Shown here piece after piece: positions 29,028 through 39,244 of a DNA stretch of 64,000 bases. This DNA comes from an uncultured Verrucomicrobiae bacterium (GTDB lineage: Bacteria > Verrucomicrobiota > Verrucomicrobiia > Limisphaerales > Palsa-1400), in contig OY969763.1 of assembly GCA_963702845.1 (NCBI GenBank), positions 1,344,001 to 1,408,000 on the forward strand, in the 5' to 3' direction. The notes under the pieces are model-generated. The model saw only the letters and a program-made list of their open reading frames with translations, made no database searches and had not been told where the DNA came from. The stretch's first letter is position 1. Each line of letters opens with the position of its first letter. The translations under genes and the position numbers were made by a program.

Positions 29028-32000
29028 TCAATGACGTGGGGCCGCTTTCAATTGGTCCTGGGCCGTGGTGTAGCCGGAAAATTTTTGTCCATTGCTGTTG
29101 GCACCGATGAAGAATCCGGAGGCGGCATTCGAGGCCTGCATTACTGCGCCGAAAATGCTCACGGGCGGAAGGGCGGGGTCAGGAACGAAACTGCCGGTCA
29201 ACAGGCCGGTGGGAGCGATGGTGAGCCTGACTTTGTTGGGATTGCTCGCGGATGGGATTGTAATTTTGGCCGGTGTGCCGCCATAGGTGGCGTCGGTGAT
29301 AACCATTGCGGAAGCGAGCCCGCCATCCTGCAAAACGATTCCCATGTTTGGAACGTCGATTACGCGTATGCCCGTCAGGGGTCTGACGTAAAGCCAGGCA
29401 CGAGCCGAACTGGTATTGGAGAAGCCAGTCGAGTAGGGAATGTTCGGAACCGGGCCGTGCGACCAATAGAGGCTGTCAGAATGGACAACCTTCGGATCTG
29501 TATCGAGGGTGAGCCAGCCGATTGCGGAACCTGAGAATGTTGTCGGGGTGCTCGCCGCGTTTTTATAGAGAGCTTGATAGAAGGGGATTTTTAGGTCTGA
29601 AGACAGCGGAATGGATGCGCTGAGAGCTGTGCCATCAGCGTATTTGCCGGCGAAAGAAGCCGTACCTGTCGGGGTGATCCTCAACGACGCAAAGCCGTCG
29701 CCGGCCGGAATTGACGGGTCGGCCGTTCCACTGCCCGAAATGATGACTGTGTAATTCGAACCGCCCAGCGGACAGGGTCTGGTTGAGGAAAATGCCGCCT
29801 GATTCGCGGTGAAGGGTGCGGTCCACCCGCTCGTGCTCGTCAACGAACCTGCCGTTTGGCATTGACCCGCTGGGGCGAACGCAATCTTTGCGGTGGGGGT
29901 CAAAGCCTCTGCAGCTGTGGGCCACTTCCATTGCGTTACCGTGCCGTCCAAACCGAGCGCACCAGAGAAGCTGATCTTTTGTCCTAGCAAAAGTAGAGTT
30001 CCGCTGAATGCACCGGTCTTCGTCAATTTGAAGGTGATTGGGCCTGAATCGGTGTAGTCCCCACTGTTGGTGGGCATATAGAGACCGCTATACAAACCAG
30101 CGGCCGCGATGAAACGGTTGGTAACGAAGTTCACTGTGATTGCCGTATTGCTACCCATCGTGAAGCTGACTTTCTTAGGACTTGTGATGATCGACGGGAC
30201 ATCGTTTTGATAGAGAACGATGTTAGAGAACAGGTTATTCGGCGAAGGAACGGCGTTGAATGTGTATACCTGCCCCGGATTTAGCGTGTTCGCGCCGATG
30301 ACGAGTTTAGCGGGACCGGTAACTGAGCCGGCGCCATTGACGGTCAGAACCATCTGCGTTGGATCCGATACAAAAACGAACCGAACCATGCGGTTGACGT
30401 TTCCACATGAATCCTGCGCGACGACAATGATGGTGTGTTTGCCGCCTTTGGCGTTCAGGCTCGCGCTCCACGTCGCTGATTTGTGGGTCGTGCCGACGTA
30501 GGTGAGGGAGGCTTCCTGCAGCGGGTCGTTGTCTAGTGCGACTAGGACCCGGTCCACTGCAACATCGTCGGAGGCGGTACCTATTGCGGTGACGGTTCCG
30601 GCTGGGACTGGCACATTATTTTTTGGCGTGCTGATTACGACAACCGGAGGCTTGGTGTCGGCGCAACCAGGGGTGGTGCGGATTGTGAATTGCTGAGCGC
30701 TGGTGCAGCCGTTGAAATCAGTCACCGTGATCGTAAATGTGCTGCTACCAGCAGTCGTGGGTGATCCAGACAATGCTCCGCTCGGTGATAGGCTCAGGCC
30801 ATCGGGCAACGTTCCTGAGGTGAGCGCGAACGAGTAAGGCGACTGACCACCCGTTGCGGACAGCGTTTGGCTGTAAGCAGCGGTTATCTGTCCGTAAGGC
30901 AAGGTGGTTGGGCTCAACACGATTGTGGGACAATCGGGTGTGGTGAGCACCAACGTGATGGGCTCTGAACTGCTCGCAGTCCAAGTGGAGCCACCGTCAA
31001 GGCTGATTTCGGCGGCGATGTCGAGGAAGCTGCTGATTCGGTAAGCTCCGTTGACCGGCCGAATGGTAGTTTGGCCGGACTTTATTAAGGTGGGGCTTTC
31101 GCGCAACTTGAATAAACTCGGGAGATTGCCGCCAGATATGTCCAACGCCAGGATTTCGGTTGAACAGACAATCGCAAGGTTGAAGTCCCCCTGAGTTTTC
31201 GTGGTTGCTTTAAGTTTCTCCCTGCCAGATGCGTGGAACGGTTGGAACGAATTGCCGCCATCGAGCGACAGGCTGCCTGTGACTTGAAATTGCACGTCGT
31301 TGGTCTGCGGCGGATCGCCCGGCCGGGGTGTGGCAAATGACGTGTCAAAGTTCTGCGCAACGATGTTGCTGAGAACAACTCCATTCGGGAAAGTGCGATA
31401 AGCCGAGGTAGGCGGGAAAGCGGGCGACGCTGTGTCTTGAAGTTTACCTTTCAACGGCGGCAGATTGGGTGAGCTGAACGGTTGTTCGGGCGCGAGGCCG
31501 TCCAAGGCGACGTGCAGTGGGCCGTCAGCAGGTATCCAGGTTGTGCCTGCGTCCGTGCTGATTTCGGTGAAGATATCGAAAAAGCTGGTGGTGCGATAGC
31601 TGCCATCCTGTACATGAATGACGTAGAATTGGCCCCGCGAAGGCAGTGTGGGACTTTCGCGAATCATCAAACCGTTCGGCATGTCGGGACCGACGATGTC
31701 GAATTGTGTCAGTTCGAGGGCAGCGTATTGCGAAGTGCAAGCGCTACAGCTACTACTTGGTTTAACGGTGATGATGCCGCGTGTTTTTGCGCTGCCTTGT
31801 TGCCAGTTATTGCCGCCATCGAAGGACACTTGCGTTTGCACCGTGAAGTAGTTGTCATTGGTTCCTTCGCCGACAGGTGTTGGTTGGCCAGTCACGCTAA
31901 ACAATTTGTAGTGTAGGGACGAAAGGAGAACACTACCACCGCTTCCACCATTACCGCCGCCGTAAGTGACCATCGCACTTGAAGCATATTCGTCGGTTGG

Positions 32001-35000
32001 AGGTGGGAACAGGGCTGTCGGTTCGCTCACGGGTGTTTCGTGCACGGCGGACTTCTGCATTTCCAAATGCATGGGCTGTTGGGCTGCGGTCCACGTCTGC
32101 CCACCGTCCATGCTGAGTTCAATGAACACATCGAAGAAACTGCTAATCATATAGCCACTTTTGACCGGCTTGACTGTGGTTTGGCCGGTGGACTGCAGGG
32201 TTGGGCTCTCCCGCAACATAATTCCGTCAGATGGTGAACCCGAGGAAAAATCCAATTGCGTCATTTCTGCGTCATACGTTAGCGGAATACCCGCCTTTAA
32301 AACGTAACGTCCATTCACAAATTTTGCGGTCGAGATGAACGTCTGTCCGCCGTCGGTTGAGATTTCAAACTGTGCCCCGCAAGTAAATGTGTCTGCTTGC
32401 GGCGGGTCTGTTATAACGGGAGGCTCTGCTCCGCCGACGAAATCGCTCAACTGCAGATTGCGAACGATGACCGGTCCAGCAGTTACAGATCCGAACTGGA
32501 CGGAGTTCAGCCCAAAATAGATCGAATTGGACGGGGGCAAAAACTTCTGTGGGAAAAACCAATCCACGATTGGATTGAGCGTCGAATCGAGAACGGTGAC
32601 GGTGAAAGTACAAGTGTTCGTCAGGCCGCAATCGTCCCATGCAGTGCAGGTGACGGTGGTGGTTCCAATCGGGAACATTGTGCCGCTTGCCGGCGAAGAA
32701 TCCAAATGATGGCCGAATGGGCAGTCTCCGAACAATTCGAGTTCGGTGTAATATACTACTGCACCACTTGGGCTGGACGCGTAAGCCGTAATGTTCGAGG
32801 GGCAGAGAGGCGCATCCGGATTGGGCGAAAGATAATTCGGAATCAGGCTGACGGTGAAAGGATCGGTCAGCGCAGCCCAGCTTGCACCGCCGTCGAGACT
32901 AACTTCCGTCCAAATGTCGAAGAAGCTGCTGACGTGGTATTCGGCGACTCCGGTATTTACTTCGCGGATGCTCGTACGACCGAGTGAAGCTTTGCTGGGA
33001 CTTTCGCGAAGCATGACTCCGGCCGGAAGTGTTCCGCCATTGATGTCGAGCGACAGCATCTCGGTATCGAAGAAACCGATACGACCGGCGGTGTGTTCGA
33101 CGTTCATGCTTTTCGTTGAAGTCACATCAAGATGTGGTTGTGTCGTGAACGCTTGAAAGGAAGCGCCGCCGTCGGTTGATAATTCTCCGTCGGCCTGTGC
33201 GGTTAACGTGTGCGTTTGCGGTTGCCCGATTGCGTCATCGGAAGAGGAGTACGGGTTGTCGAAATGCGACAGCGTGAATTTTCTAATGACCACGTTGTGG
33301 CCGGCCGTCGCGCCGATGAAACCAGCTTTTAGAGCATTTTGCGTGCTTTTTGCAGTCGCGGTTGGCTCGGGCGAATCCGATTCTCCGGCTTGTGACCCTA
33401 GTTCTAGCCGGATTGGCCCGACGCTCGCGGGAATCCACGATTGTCCGCCATCCATACTGATTTCGGGGAAGATGTCGAAGAAGCTGGCCATGCGCACGGT
33501 GTCGTTGTCCGCGGCATCAAAACGAATCTCTGTCTGGCCCCTGGAAGGAAGGGTGGGACTTTCGCGAATCATCAGGTTACCAACGTTCCCCAATCCGACG
33601 TCACACTTTGTGACTTCAATTTCGATTCTTTTAATCAGCTTTAGTGCGCCAGAGGTGATTTCGCTCGCGTTCAAGCTCATGCCAACGGCAGCCTGGGCTG
33701 TTTCGGTGCCCCATGTGTTACCGCCATCGGTCGAAACGTGCACTGTGAGCTGCATGGTCATGTCCTGCGTCGACTCCCCGACCGGAGTGGGCTGGCCCGT
33801 AACGCTGAACAATTTACAAACCCAATTACTCAAGATCACACCGCCGGCTGCGCCGCCGTTGAAGGTCGAAGACGTGCCTGAAACGGAGAAGTAGCCATCA
33901 TTCGGTGGTGGCATTAACTCCGTTGGTTCTCGGATCGCTGCAGGCATTGCGTGACTCAGTTCGATGTGCATCGGTTGTTGCGCTGCACTCCAGGTCTGTC
34001 CGCCGTCGACACTAAGTTCAAGGAACACGTCAAAGAAACTGCTGATCATGTAACCGCCGCTGATGGGCCTGACGGTAGTTTGGCCGATGGATTGCAACGT
34101 CGGACTTTCGCGAAGCATCGTTCTAGCGGGCAATGTGCCGCCAGAAATAGCGAGCGAGAGCATTTCGGCGCTGACACCGTCGGTGTTATCGACTTTTTCC
34201 CACTTTATCTGACCAACGGCTGTCGCTTGGAACTGTTGCGAGGATAGGCTGTCAGAGATTCGAACTTCGACTCCGCAAGTGAACGTATCGCTCTGTGGCG
34301 GACTTCCCAAAACAGGCGGAGTAATGCCTTCACTACAATCGTACAACTTGAGACCGAGCAAGTATCTGTCGTCGGGGTATGAAATTGCTGAATCGATCAA
34401 CGCAACGAATTGCCCTCCAGTCGGCCGAAGCGAATTCTGTTGGAAGAACCAATCGGCGATTGGGTAGATCGCCCGGTCAAGCACCGTGACAGTAAACGAA
34501 CAACTGTTGCTCAGGCCGCAATCGTCCGTTGCACTGCAAGTAACGATTGTTGTGCCGATCGGGAAGGTGCTGCCGCTCGGCGGTGTGCTCGTCAAATGGT
34601 GGCCAAAGGGGCAATCGCCGAAGAATTCCATCAAGGTGTAATCCACGACGGCACCGCTGGTGCTCGTGGCGTAGGTGGTGATGTTGGACGGGCAAATCGG
34701 CGCATCAGGGACAGGCGTAATGCCATCAGGATTGAGTGCGACTGTGATCGGTTCCGCCGCTGCCGACCATGTTTGACCCCCGTCGACGCTCAGTTCGGGC
34801 CAGATATCAAAGAAACTCGATATCCTCGATTCTTCGGGAATATCTCCATTTTGAAAAAAGTGGCGAATACTGGTGCGTCCCAGCGAAGCTTTGCTCGGAC
34901 TTTCACGAACCATAACGCCGGAGGGCAACGTTCCGCCGCTCATGTCCAGCGAAACCATTTCTGTATCGAAGAAACTGGTGCGACCAATGGTGTGTTCGAC

Positions 35001-38000
35001 ATTGACGCTCTTGGTCGAGGTTACATTGAGTTGCGGGATAGTGGTAAAGGTTTGGAAGGTGTTCCCGCCGTCGGTGGAGATTTCTCCGCTCGCTTGCGCG
35101 GTTAAGGTATGCGACTGGGGTTGGCCGAGAGGATCGTCGAAATTGCAAAATGACGAACTAAAATCCGCTATCGCAAATGTTCTGACAATGACAGGGCCGG
35201 AGCGCATGCCGATCCATTGACTACGTGGAATCAATCCCGAGGTCTGGGCAGGCGCGTTGGAATTATTTTGGCTGAATTGTGACGCTTGCGATTCCAATAC
35301 CATGTGGATTGGACCCGAGGATGAGGGCAGCCAGCTTTGACCGGCGTCGAGACTTACCTCAGGAAAAATATCAAAAAAACTGCTGATTCGATATGTGCCA
35401 TCCGGCTGAGTAATAATTTCGGTATGGCCACGCGAGGGCAACGAAGGGCTTTCGCGAATCATCAGCCCGCCGGGAAGGCTTCCGTCCGTGATGTCAAACT
35501 TCGTGACCTCAATTTCAATGCGTTTGATCAGTTTTGCTCCAGTACTTGTGGTGGATTGTGGCAGGGCAATTGAACAAACACATTGGCCTTTAGTTTTGAC
35601 GGCTTGAAACGTTGTGCCGCCATCGGTTGAGACGTCCGTTCGCACGTCGAATTCGAAGCTGTTATCAACATTCTGCCCGGCGTCAGGAGGCGGAAGCGAT
35701 TGCGATGGCAACTTGCAAATCATTCCCTTGATGACGATCTCTAGATCTCCCGTCGTGGGGCTTTTAATTAGTGTGTTCGACGACGTTACATAAGCATCGC
35801 ACGGTGGCGGCAACAGCTCGGTCGGCTCGGGAATCGCATTTGGCGTCGGAGGGGTGAGCACGATGTGCATCGGCGGTTCATAAGTAGGACAACGTGTAAA
35901 TGTTTGTCCGCCGTCGAAACTGATTTCTGTGAACACATCAAAGAAACTGCTGATGCGGGCGCTCAGATTATCAGAGATTTGTTTTTGCAGTTTGCCAATA
36001 GATGCTTTCGAAGGACTTTCGCGAAGTATCACACCCGGCGGCATTGTGCCGCCGGAGATATCCAGTTGAATCATTTCAGTGTCGTAATTCTGGGAAATTC
36101 CAGGGTTCCCTGAATCGGTGGGGTTCAGTTGGATGGTTCCTCGCGCCTTCGCCGTTGCTGACGTGTAGGTTTGTCCGCCGTCTTTCGACATCTCCAACGA
36201 AACATCGCACGTGAAAGTATCCGTTTGCGGTGAGTCGGTTAGGACTGGCGGACTGGTATCGACGGTGAAGTTGTAAAACCGATCATTGGCAAATTGCCAA
36301 TTGTGATTCTGGTCGCAATAGCGGCGCGCGGGCGAAAGGTTTTGGTATTCGCCGCCCGCAGGGAGGACTGATGGGCTTGGGAAATACCAATCAACGGTTG
36401 GATACGTTCTGATATCCACGACTGTGACGGTGAAGCTGCACGTATTCGTCAAACCGCAATCGTCCCATGCCGTGCAGGTAACCGTTGCCGTTCCGATTGG
36501 GAACGTACTGCCGCTTGCGGGAGAGCAATCGAGGTGGTGGCCAAATGGACAATCGCCGAACAATTCAGGCACGGTGTAATTGACGGTTGCGCCGCTGGAA
36601 CTGCTCGCGAACACCGTGATGTTCGAGGGGCATTGCGGCGCATCCGGCACGGGGGATGGATAATGCGGGGTGTAACCAACTGTTGCCGATCCGCTCACCG
36701 ACTCCGACCATGTTTGACCGCCGTCGAGGCTGATCTCGGGAAAGATGTCGAAGAAACTGCCAATCGCAAAATCTCCGCCGGTGCTTCCCTGGCTGTCACT
36801 GAAAAGGACGGCGCGCCCAAGCGAAGCTTTGCTCGGGCTTTCCCGAAGCATAAGTCCCGCTGGCAGAGTGCCGCCCGAAATATCGACGGACAGCATCTCA
36901 GTCTCATAAAATTGCGTGTGCCCTGGAGCAACGGTCGTTGGGGCGAACCGTACCCGCACGTTACACGGACAATTTGCGCCGTAATGGGTTGAGGAAACGC
37001 CACTGTTCTTTTGCGACAGATCAAATTCCACCTGACAGGTGAGACTTTCATCAGCACTCTGCTGGATCGATGTCGGAGGTAGCACCCCGCCGACGAAATT
37101 CCGTAAAACCAAATTGCTAATCACCTGACCGTTGGCAAATTCGCCGCTCCAGGGCGTTTCACTGATAAACGCGCCGGTTGCCGGTGGAAAATTAAGCGAT
37201 GAAACAGGTTGTTCCGGCCCGACTGATTGCAATTCCAAATGTAGAGGACCGTCCGCAGGGATCCAGGTTTGGCCGCCATCCGTGCTTAGTTCCGGAAATA
37301 CATCGAAGAAGCTGCCAATCCGTCTGGGATTACCGACAACGATGTCCCAGGTATCGTTTGGATTAACTCGAAGGGAAGTCGTCCCCCTGGATGGCAGGGA
37401 TGGACTTTCACGAATCATCAGTCCGCCCGGCAGGCCGGAGATATCCATTTGCAGCATTTCGGTTTGGAACAGGCGCTCGCTAATAGTGGGCGAATTGTCG
37501 CCACAAGGGGCGACCGTAATTGTTACCTGCGCTGGCGCTGAAGTTTTTTGAAAGGTATTGCCGTCGTCAGTGGAGATTTCCATTTCCACTGAGGAATCCA
37601 AGACGGCGGTGGTCGGCGTTGAGATCGTGTGTAAATCTAACAAGTTTTCCAGCGAATTTATCCTTTCCCTTATGTTTTTGATAATGATCTGCGAACTGCC
37701 ACCGGTTGAGCCGCTGACGAAGACGAGACGGGTCCTGGGACGGTCAGGAATGGCAACAAATTCGCTGTTGAACGGCGGGAAGAGAGCGGTCGAACCTGCA
37801 AAAGGAACTACTTGATCCGGATCAGCACCAATGAATTCGAGAGTTGAACTTTGGGGTGGCGATCCCGCGGAACCCGTGGACCAGGTCGCGCCGCCGTCGA
37901 CGCTGACTTCCGTAAAGACGTCAAAGAAACTGCTGATGAGGTAACCACCGGTCACTTGCTGAACTGTTGTTTGCCCGGTCGATTGTAACGTAGGGCTTTC

Positions 38001-38453
38001 GCGCAACATCACCCCGGCGGGCAACGTGCCGCCCGAAATGTCCAATTGAAGGAGTTCTGTATCGTATAACTCGCCATCGGTCCCGCCGCTGCTACTGCTG
38101 AGTCCGATTGTTACAATTGCGCGTGCCTGAGCTTCACGACTTTGGAATGTCGTTCCGTCATCTGTGGAAACTTCGAGTTCCACGGTACATGTCACTGAGT
38201 TGGTTTGTGGGCCTGATGTTGCGTCCGGTAGCGGGGTGTTCGGCGACCAATTGCTGAAACGCGCGTTCCTGAATATAACGTGGACATCATCATAATGCCG
38301 CGGGCCAGCCGCCCATTCGGTGTAGACCGCTCGTGGGGGCGGACAATCCCTGGTTTCACTCAATGATTTCTGGACTGCGTTGGCGTTCAACGCGGCAAGA
38401 AGAAGAATAGTGGCAACAGGGAAGTGCTTGCTTAACAAGGCCGAGGGTTTCAT
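29028..38453 (-). CDS. Giant secreted repeat protein (~3140 aa): 12 'RESP/SFFD' domains, 3 HYR-like domains, Ig-like domains, conserved C-terminal domain
   Basis: Uninterrupted ORF with signal peptide after ATG 38453. Twelve RESP...S(F/S)F(F/L)D..E.S.DGG.(T/S)W units; CPSNIT...FPIGTT.VTC.A.DDCG..N.C.FTVTV three times; GGQSPYSF..SG.LPDGLSL (He_PIG-like). Confidence 0.9.
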   Translation of the reverse strand: MKPSALLSKHFPVATILLLAALNANAVQKSLSETRDCPPPRAVYTEWAAGPRHYDDVHVIFRNARFSNWSPNTPLPDATSGPQTNSVTCTVELEVSTDDGTTFQSREAQARAIVTIGLSSSSGGTDGELYDTELLQLDISGGTLPAGVMLRESPTLQSTGQTTVQQVTGGYLISSFFDVFTEVSVDGGATWSTGSAGSPPQSSTLEFIGADPDQVVPFAGSTALFPPFNSEFVAIPDRPRTRLVFVSGSTGGSSQIIIKNIRERINSLENLLDLHTISTPTTAVLDSSVEMEISTDDGNTFQKTSAPAQVTITVAPCGDNSPTISERLFQTEMLQMDISGLPGGLMIRESPSLPSRGTTSLRVNPNDTWDIVVGNPRRIGSFFDVFPELSTDGGQTWIPADGPLHLELQSVGPEQPVSSLNFPPATGAFISETPWSGEFANGQVISNLVLRNFVGGVLPPTSIQQSADESLTCQVEFDLSQKNSGVSSTHYGANCPCNVRVRFAPTTVAPGHTQFYETEMLSVDISGGTLPAGLMLRESPSKASLGRAVLFSDSQGSTGGDFAIGSFFDIFPEISLDGGQTWSESVSGSATVGYTPHYPSPVPDAPQCPSNITVFASSSSGATVNYTVPELFGDCPFGHHLDCSPASGSTFPIGTATVTCTAWDDCGLTNTCSFTVTVVDIRTYPTVDWYFPSPSVLPAGGEYQNLSPARRYCDQNHNWQFANDRFYNFTVDTSPPVLTDSPQTDTFTCDVSLEMSKDGGQTYTSATAKARGTIQLNPTDSGNPGISQNYDTEMIQLDISGGTMPPGVILRESPSKASIGKLQKQISDNLSARISSFFDVFTEISFDGGQTFTRCPTYEPPMHIVLTPPTPNAIPEPTELLPPPCDAYVTSSNTLIKSPTTGDLEIVIKGMICKLPSQSLPPPDAGQNVDNSFEFDVRTDVSTDGGTTFQAVKTKGQCVCSIALPQSTTSTGAKLIKRIEIEVTKFDITDGSLPGGLMIRESPSLPSRGHTEIITQPDGTYRISSFFDIFPEVSLDAGQSWLPSSSGPIHMVLESQASQFSQNNSNAPAQTSGLIPRSQWIGMRSGPVIVRTFAIADFSSSFCNFDDPLGQPQSHTLTAQASGEISTDGGNTFQTFTTIPQLNVTSTKSVNVEHTIGRTSFFDTEMVSLDMSGGTLPSGVMVRESPSKASLGRTSIRHFFQNGDIPEESRISSFFDIWPELSVDGGQTWSAAAEPITVALNPDGITPVPDAPICPSNITTYATSTSGAVVDYTLMEFFGDCPFGHHLTSTPPSGSTFPIGTTIVTCSATDDCGLSNSCSFTVTVLDRAIYPIADWFFQQNSLRPTGGQFVALIDSAISYPDDRYLLGLKLYDCSEGITPPVLGSPPQSDTFTCGVEVRISDSLSSQQFQATAVGQIKWEKVDNTDGVSAEMLSLAISGGTLPARTMLRESPTLQSIGQTTVRPISGGYMISSFFDVFLELSVDGGQTWSAAQQPMHIELSHAMPAAIREPTELMPPPNDGYFSVSGTSSTFNGGAAGGVILSNWVCKLFSVTGQPTPVGESTQDMTMQLTVHVSTDGGNTWGTETAQAAVGMSLNASEITSGALKLIKRIEIEVTKCDVGLGNVGNLMIRESPTLPSRGQTEIRFDAADNDTVRMASFFDIFPEISMDGGQSWIPASVGPIRLELGSQAGESDSPEPTATAKSTQNALKAGFIGATAGHNVVIRKFTLSHFDNPYSSSDDAIGQPQTHTLTAQADGELSTDGGASFQAFTTQPHLDVTSTKSMNVEHTAGRIGFFDTEMLSLDINGGTLPAGVMLRESPSKASLGRTSIREVNTGVAEYHVSSFFDIWTEVSLDGGASWAALTDPFTVSLIPNYLSPNPDAPLCPSNITAYASSPSGAVVYYTELELFGDCPFGHHLDSSPASGTMFPIGTTTVTCTAWDDCGLTNTCTFTVTVLDSTLNPIVDWFFPQKFLPPSNSIYFGLNSVQFGSVTAGPVIVRNLQLSDFVGGAEPPVITDPPQADTFTCGAQFEISTDGGQTFISTAKFVNGRYVLKAGIPLTYDAEMTQLDFSSGSPSDGIMLRESPTLQSTGQTTVKPVKSGYMISSFFDVFIELSMDGGQTWTAAQQPMHLEMQKSAVHETPVSEPTALFPPPTDEYASSAMVTYGGGNGGSGGSVLLSSLHYKLFSVTGQPTPVGEGTNDNYFTVQTQVSFDGGNNWQQGSAKTRGIITVKPSSSCSACTSQYAALELTQFDIVGPDMPNGLMIRESPTLPSRGQFYVIHVQDGSYRTTSFFDIFTEISTDAGTTWIPADGPLHVALDGLAPEQPFSSPNLPPLKGKLQDTASPAFPPTSAYRTFPNGVVLSNIVAQNFDTSFATPRPGDPPQTNDVQFQVTGSLSLDGGNSFQPFHASGREKLKATTKTQGDFNLAIVCSTEILALDISGGNLPSLFKLRESPTLIKSGQTTIRPVNGAYRISSFLDIAAEISLDGGSTWTASSSEPITLVLTTPDCPTIVLSPTTLPYGQITAAYSQTLSATGGQSPYSFALTSGTLPDGLSLSPSGALSGSPTTAGSSTFTITVTDFNGCTSAQQFTIRTTPGCADTKPPVVVISTPKNNVPVPAGTVTAIGTASDDVAVDRVLVALDNDPLQEASLTYVGTTHKSATWSASLNAKGGKHTIIVVAQDSCGNVNRMVRFVFVSDPTQMVLTVNGAGSVTGPAKLVIGANTLNPGQVYTFNAVPSPNNLFSNIVLYQNDVPSIITSPKKVSFTMGSNTAITVNFVTNRFIAAAGLYSGLYMPTNSGDYTDSGPITFKLTKTGAFSGTLLLLGQKISFSGALGLDGTVTQWKWPTAAEALTPTAKIAFAPAGQCQTAGSLTSTSGWTAPFTANQAAFSSTRPCPLGGSNYTVIISGSGTADPSIPAGDGFASLRITPTGTASFAGKYADGTALSASIPLSSDLKIPFYQALYKNAASTPTTFSGSAIGWLTLDTDPKVVHSDSLYWSHGPVPNIPYSTGFSNTSSARAWLYVRPLTGIRVIDVPNMGIVLQDGGLASAMVITDATYGGTPAKITIPSASNPNKVRLTIAPTGLLTGSFVPDPALPPVSIFGAVMQASNAASGFFIGANSNGQKFSGYTTAQDQLKAAPRH

Positions 38454-38721
38454 ACAACGATTTAGCTTTCTGCGTCTGCTAACAGGCGTGTATACCGTGA
38501 CCTGATAATGACGCGCCAGTTCTTCAGGGCCTGCCACGAAGTACGTGGCTCGTTGGGCGGTGGAGCGTTGGCTTTTGGCGAGAGTAACGCCGCAGGAAAT
38601 GCTGTCAACTAAAGTTTATAACTTTCGGTCGACAAACCAAGTCGCGCCTGAACAATCGGCTTTCACTAAAATGGCACGAAGGGTTGCGAGTGACTTGCGC
38701 ACGCACACGGCTCGTAAGCTG

Positions 38722-38759
38722 AAAATAAAAAAGGCGCTCTGGAAAACCAGAGCGCCTTT
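38722..38759 (-). terminator. Intrinsic terminator of hup
   Basis: aaaggcgctctgg-aaaa-ccagagcgccttt hairpin with an A-tract on its left (U-tract on the minus strand). Confidence 0.85.
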
Positions 38760-38777
38760 AGCGGCAAAAACTAACAA

Positions 38778-39065
38778 TTAACGAGCGCCGAGGATCGCGT
38801 CTTTCGCGGCCTTGGCAACGCGGAACTTCACAACTTTCTTGGCGGGAATTTGGATGGTAGCGCCAGTTGCAGGATTACGGCCAACGCGGGCCTTGCGGTT
38901 CACCAACACGAGTTTGCCGATGCCGGGCAGGGTGAAGGTGTTCTTGGCGTGCTTGTAAGCGAGAGTAGCAATGTGCTCGAGAATCTCCGCGCCGGCTTTC
39001 TTGGTCAATCCGGTCTTGGTGGCGATTTCGGCTGCAAGTTGTGATTTAGAGAGTGCTTTTGCCAT
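38778..39065 (-). CDS. hup: HU family DNA-binding protein
   Basis: LSKSQL, LPGIGK, RKARVGRNPATG..IQIPAK.VVKF. Confidence 0.95.
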   Translation of the reverse strand: MAKALSKSQLAAEIATKTGLTKKAGAEILEHIATLAYKHAKNTFTLPGIGKLVLVNRKARVGRNPATGATIQIPAKKVVKFRVAKAAKDAILGAR

Positions 39066-39244
39066 ATGTGTTCGTTTGGTTAATTATTACTGGGCGTGAT
39101 GCTCACGTGCGCCTACTTAAACAGGCATGCCGCGCGTCACGCAACGACAAAAATCGATTTTTTCTGAATATTTACAAGTCTTTTTTGACTTTTGTTGACT
39201 CAGCCCAAGCTTGACTTGCTGCGCCATTTTCCCACCATCGAATT

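Noticed and set aside
29028..38453. BNR/Asp-box sialidase-type beta-propeller, or DGR target
   Set aside because: Asp-box-like motifs sit within long repeated units with no catalytic signature. There is no reverse transcriptase and no near-identical TR/VR nucleotide pair visible.
38672..38688. sigma54 promoter TGGCACGAAGGGTTGC
   Set aside because: GG-to-GC spacing is 11 rather than the required 10 nt, and no + strand gene follows.
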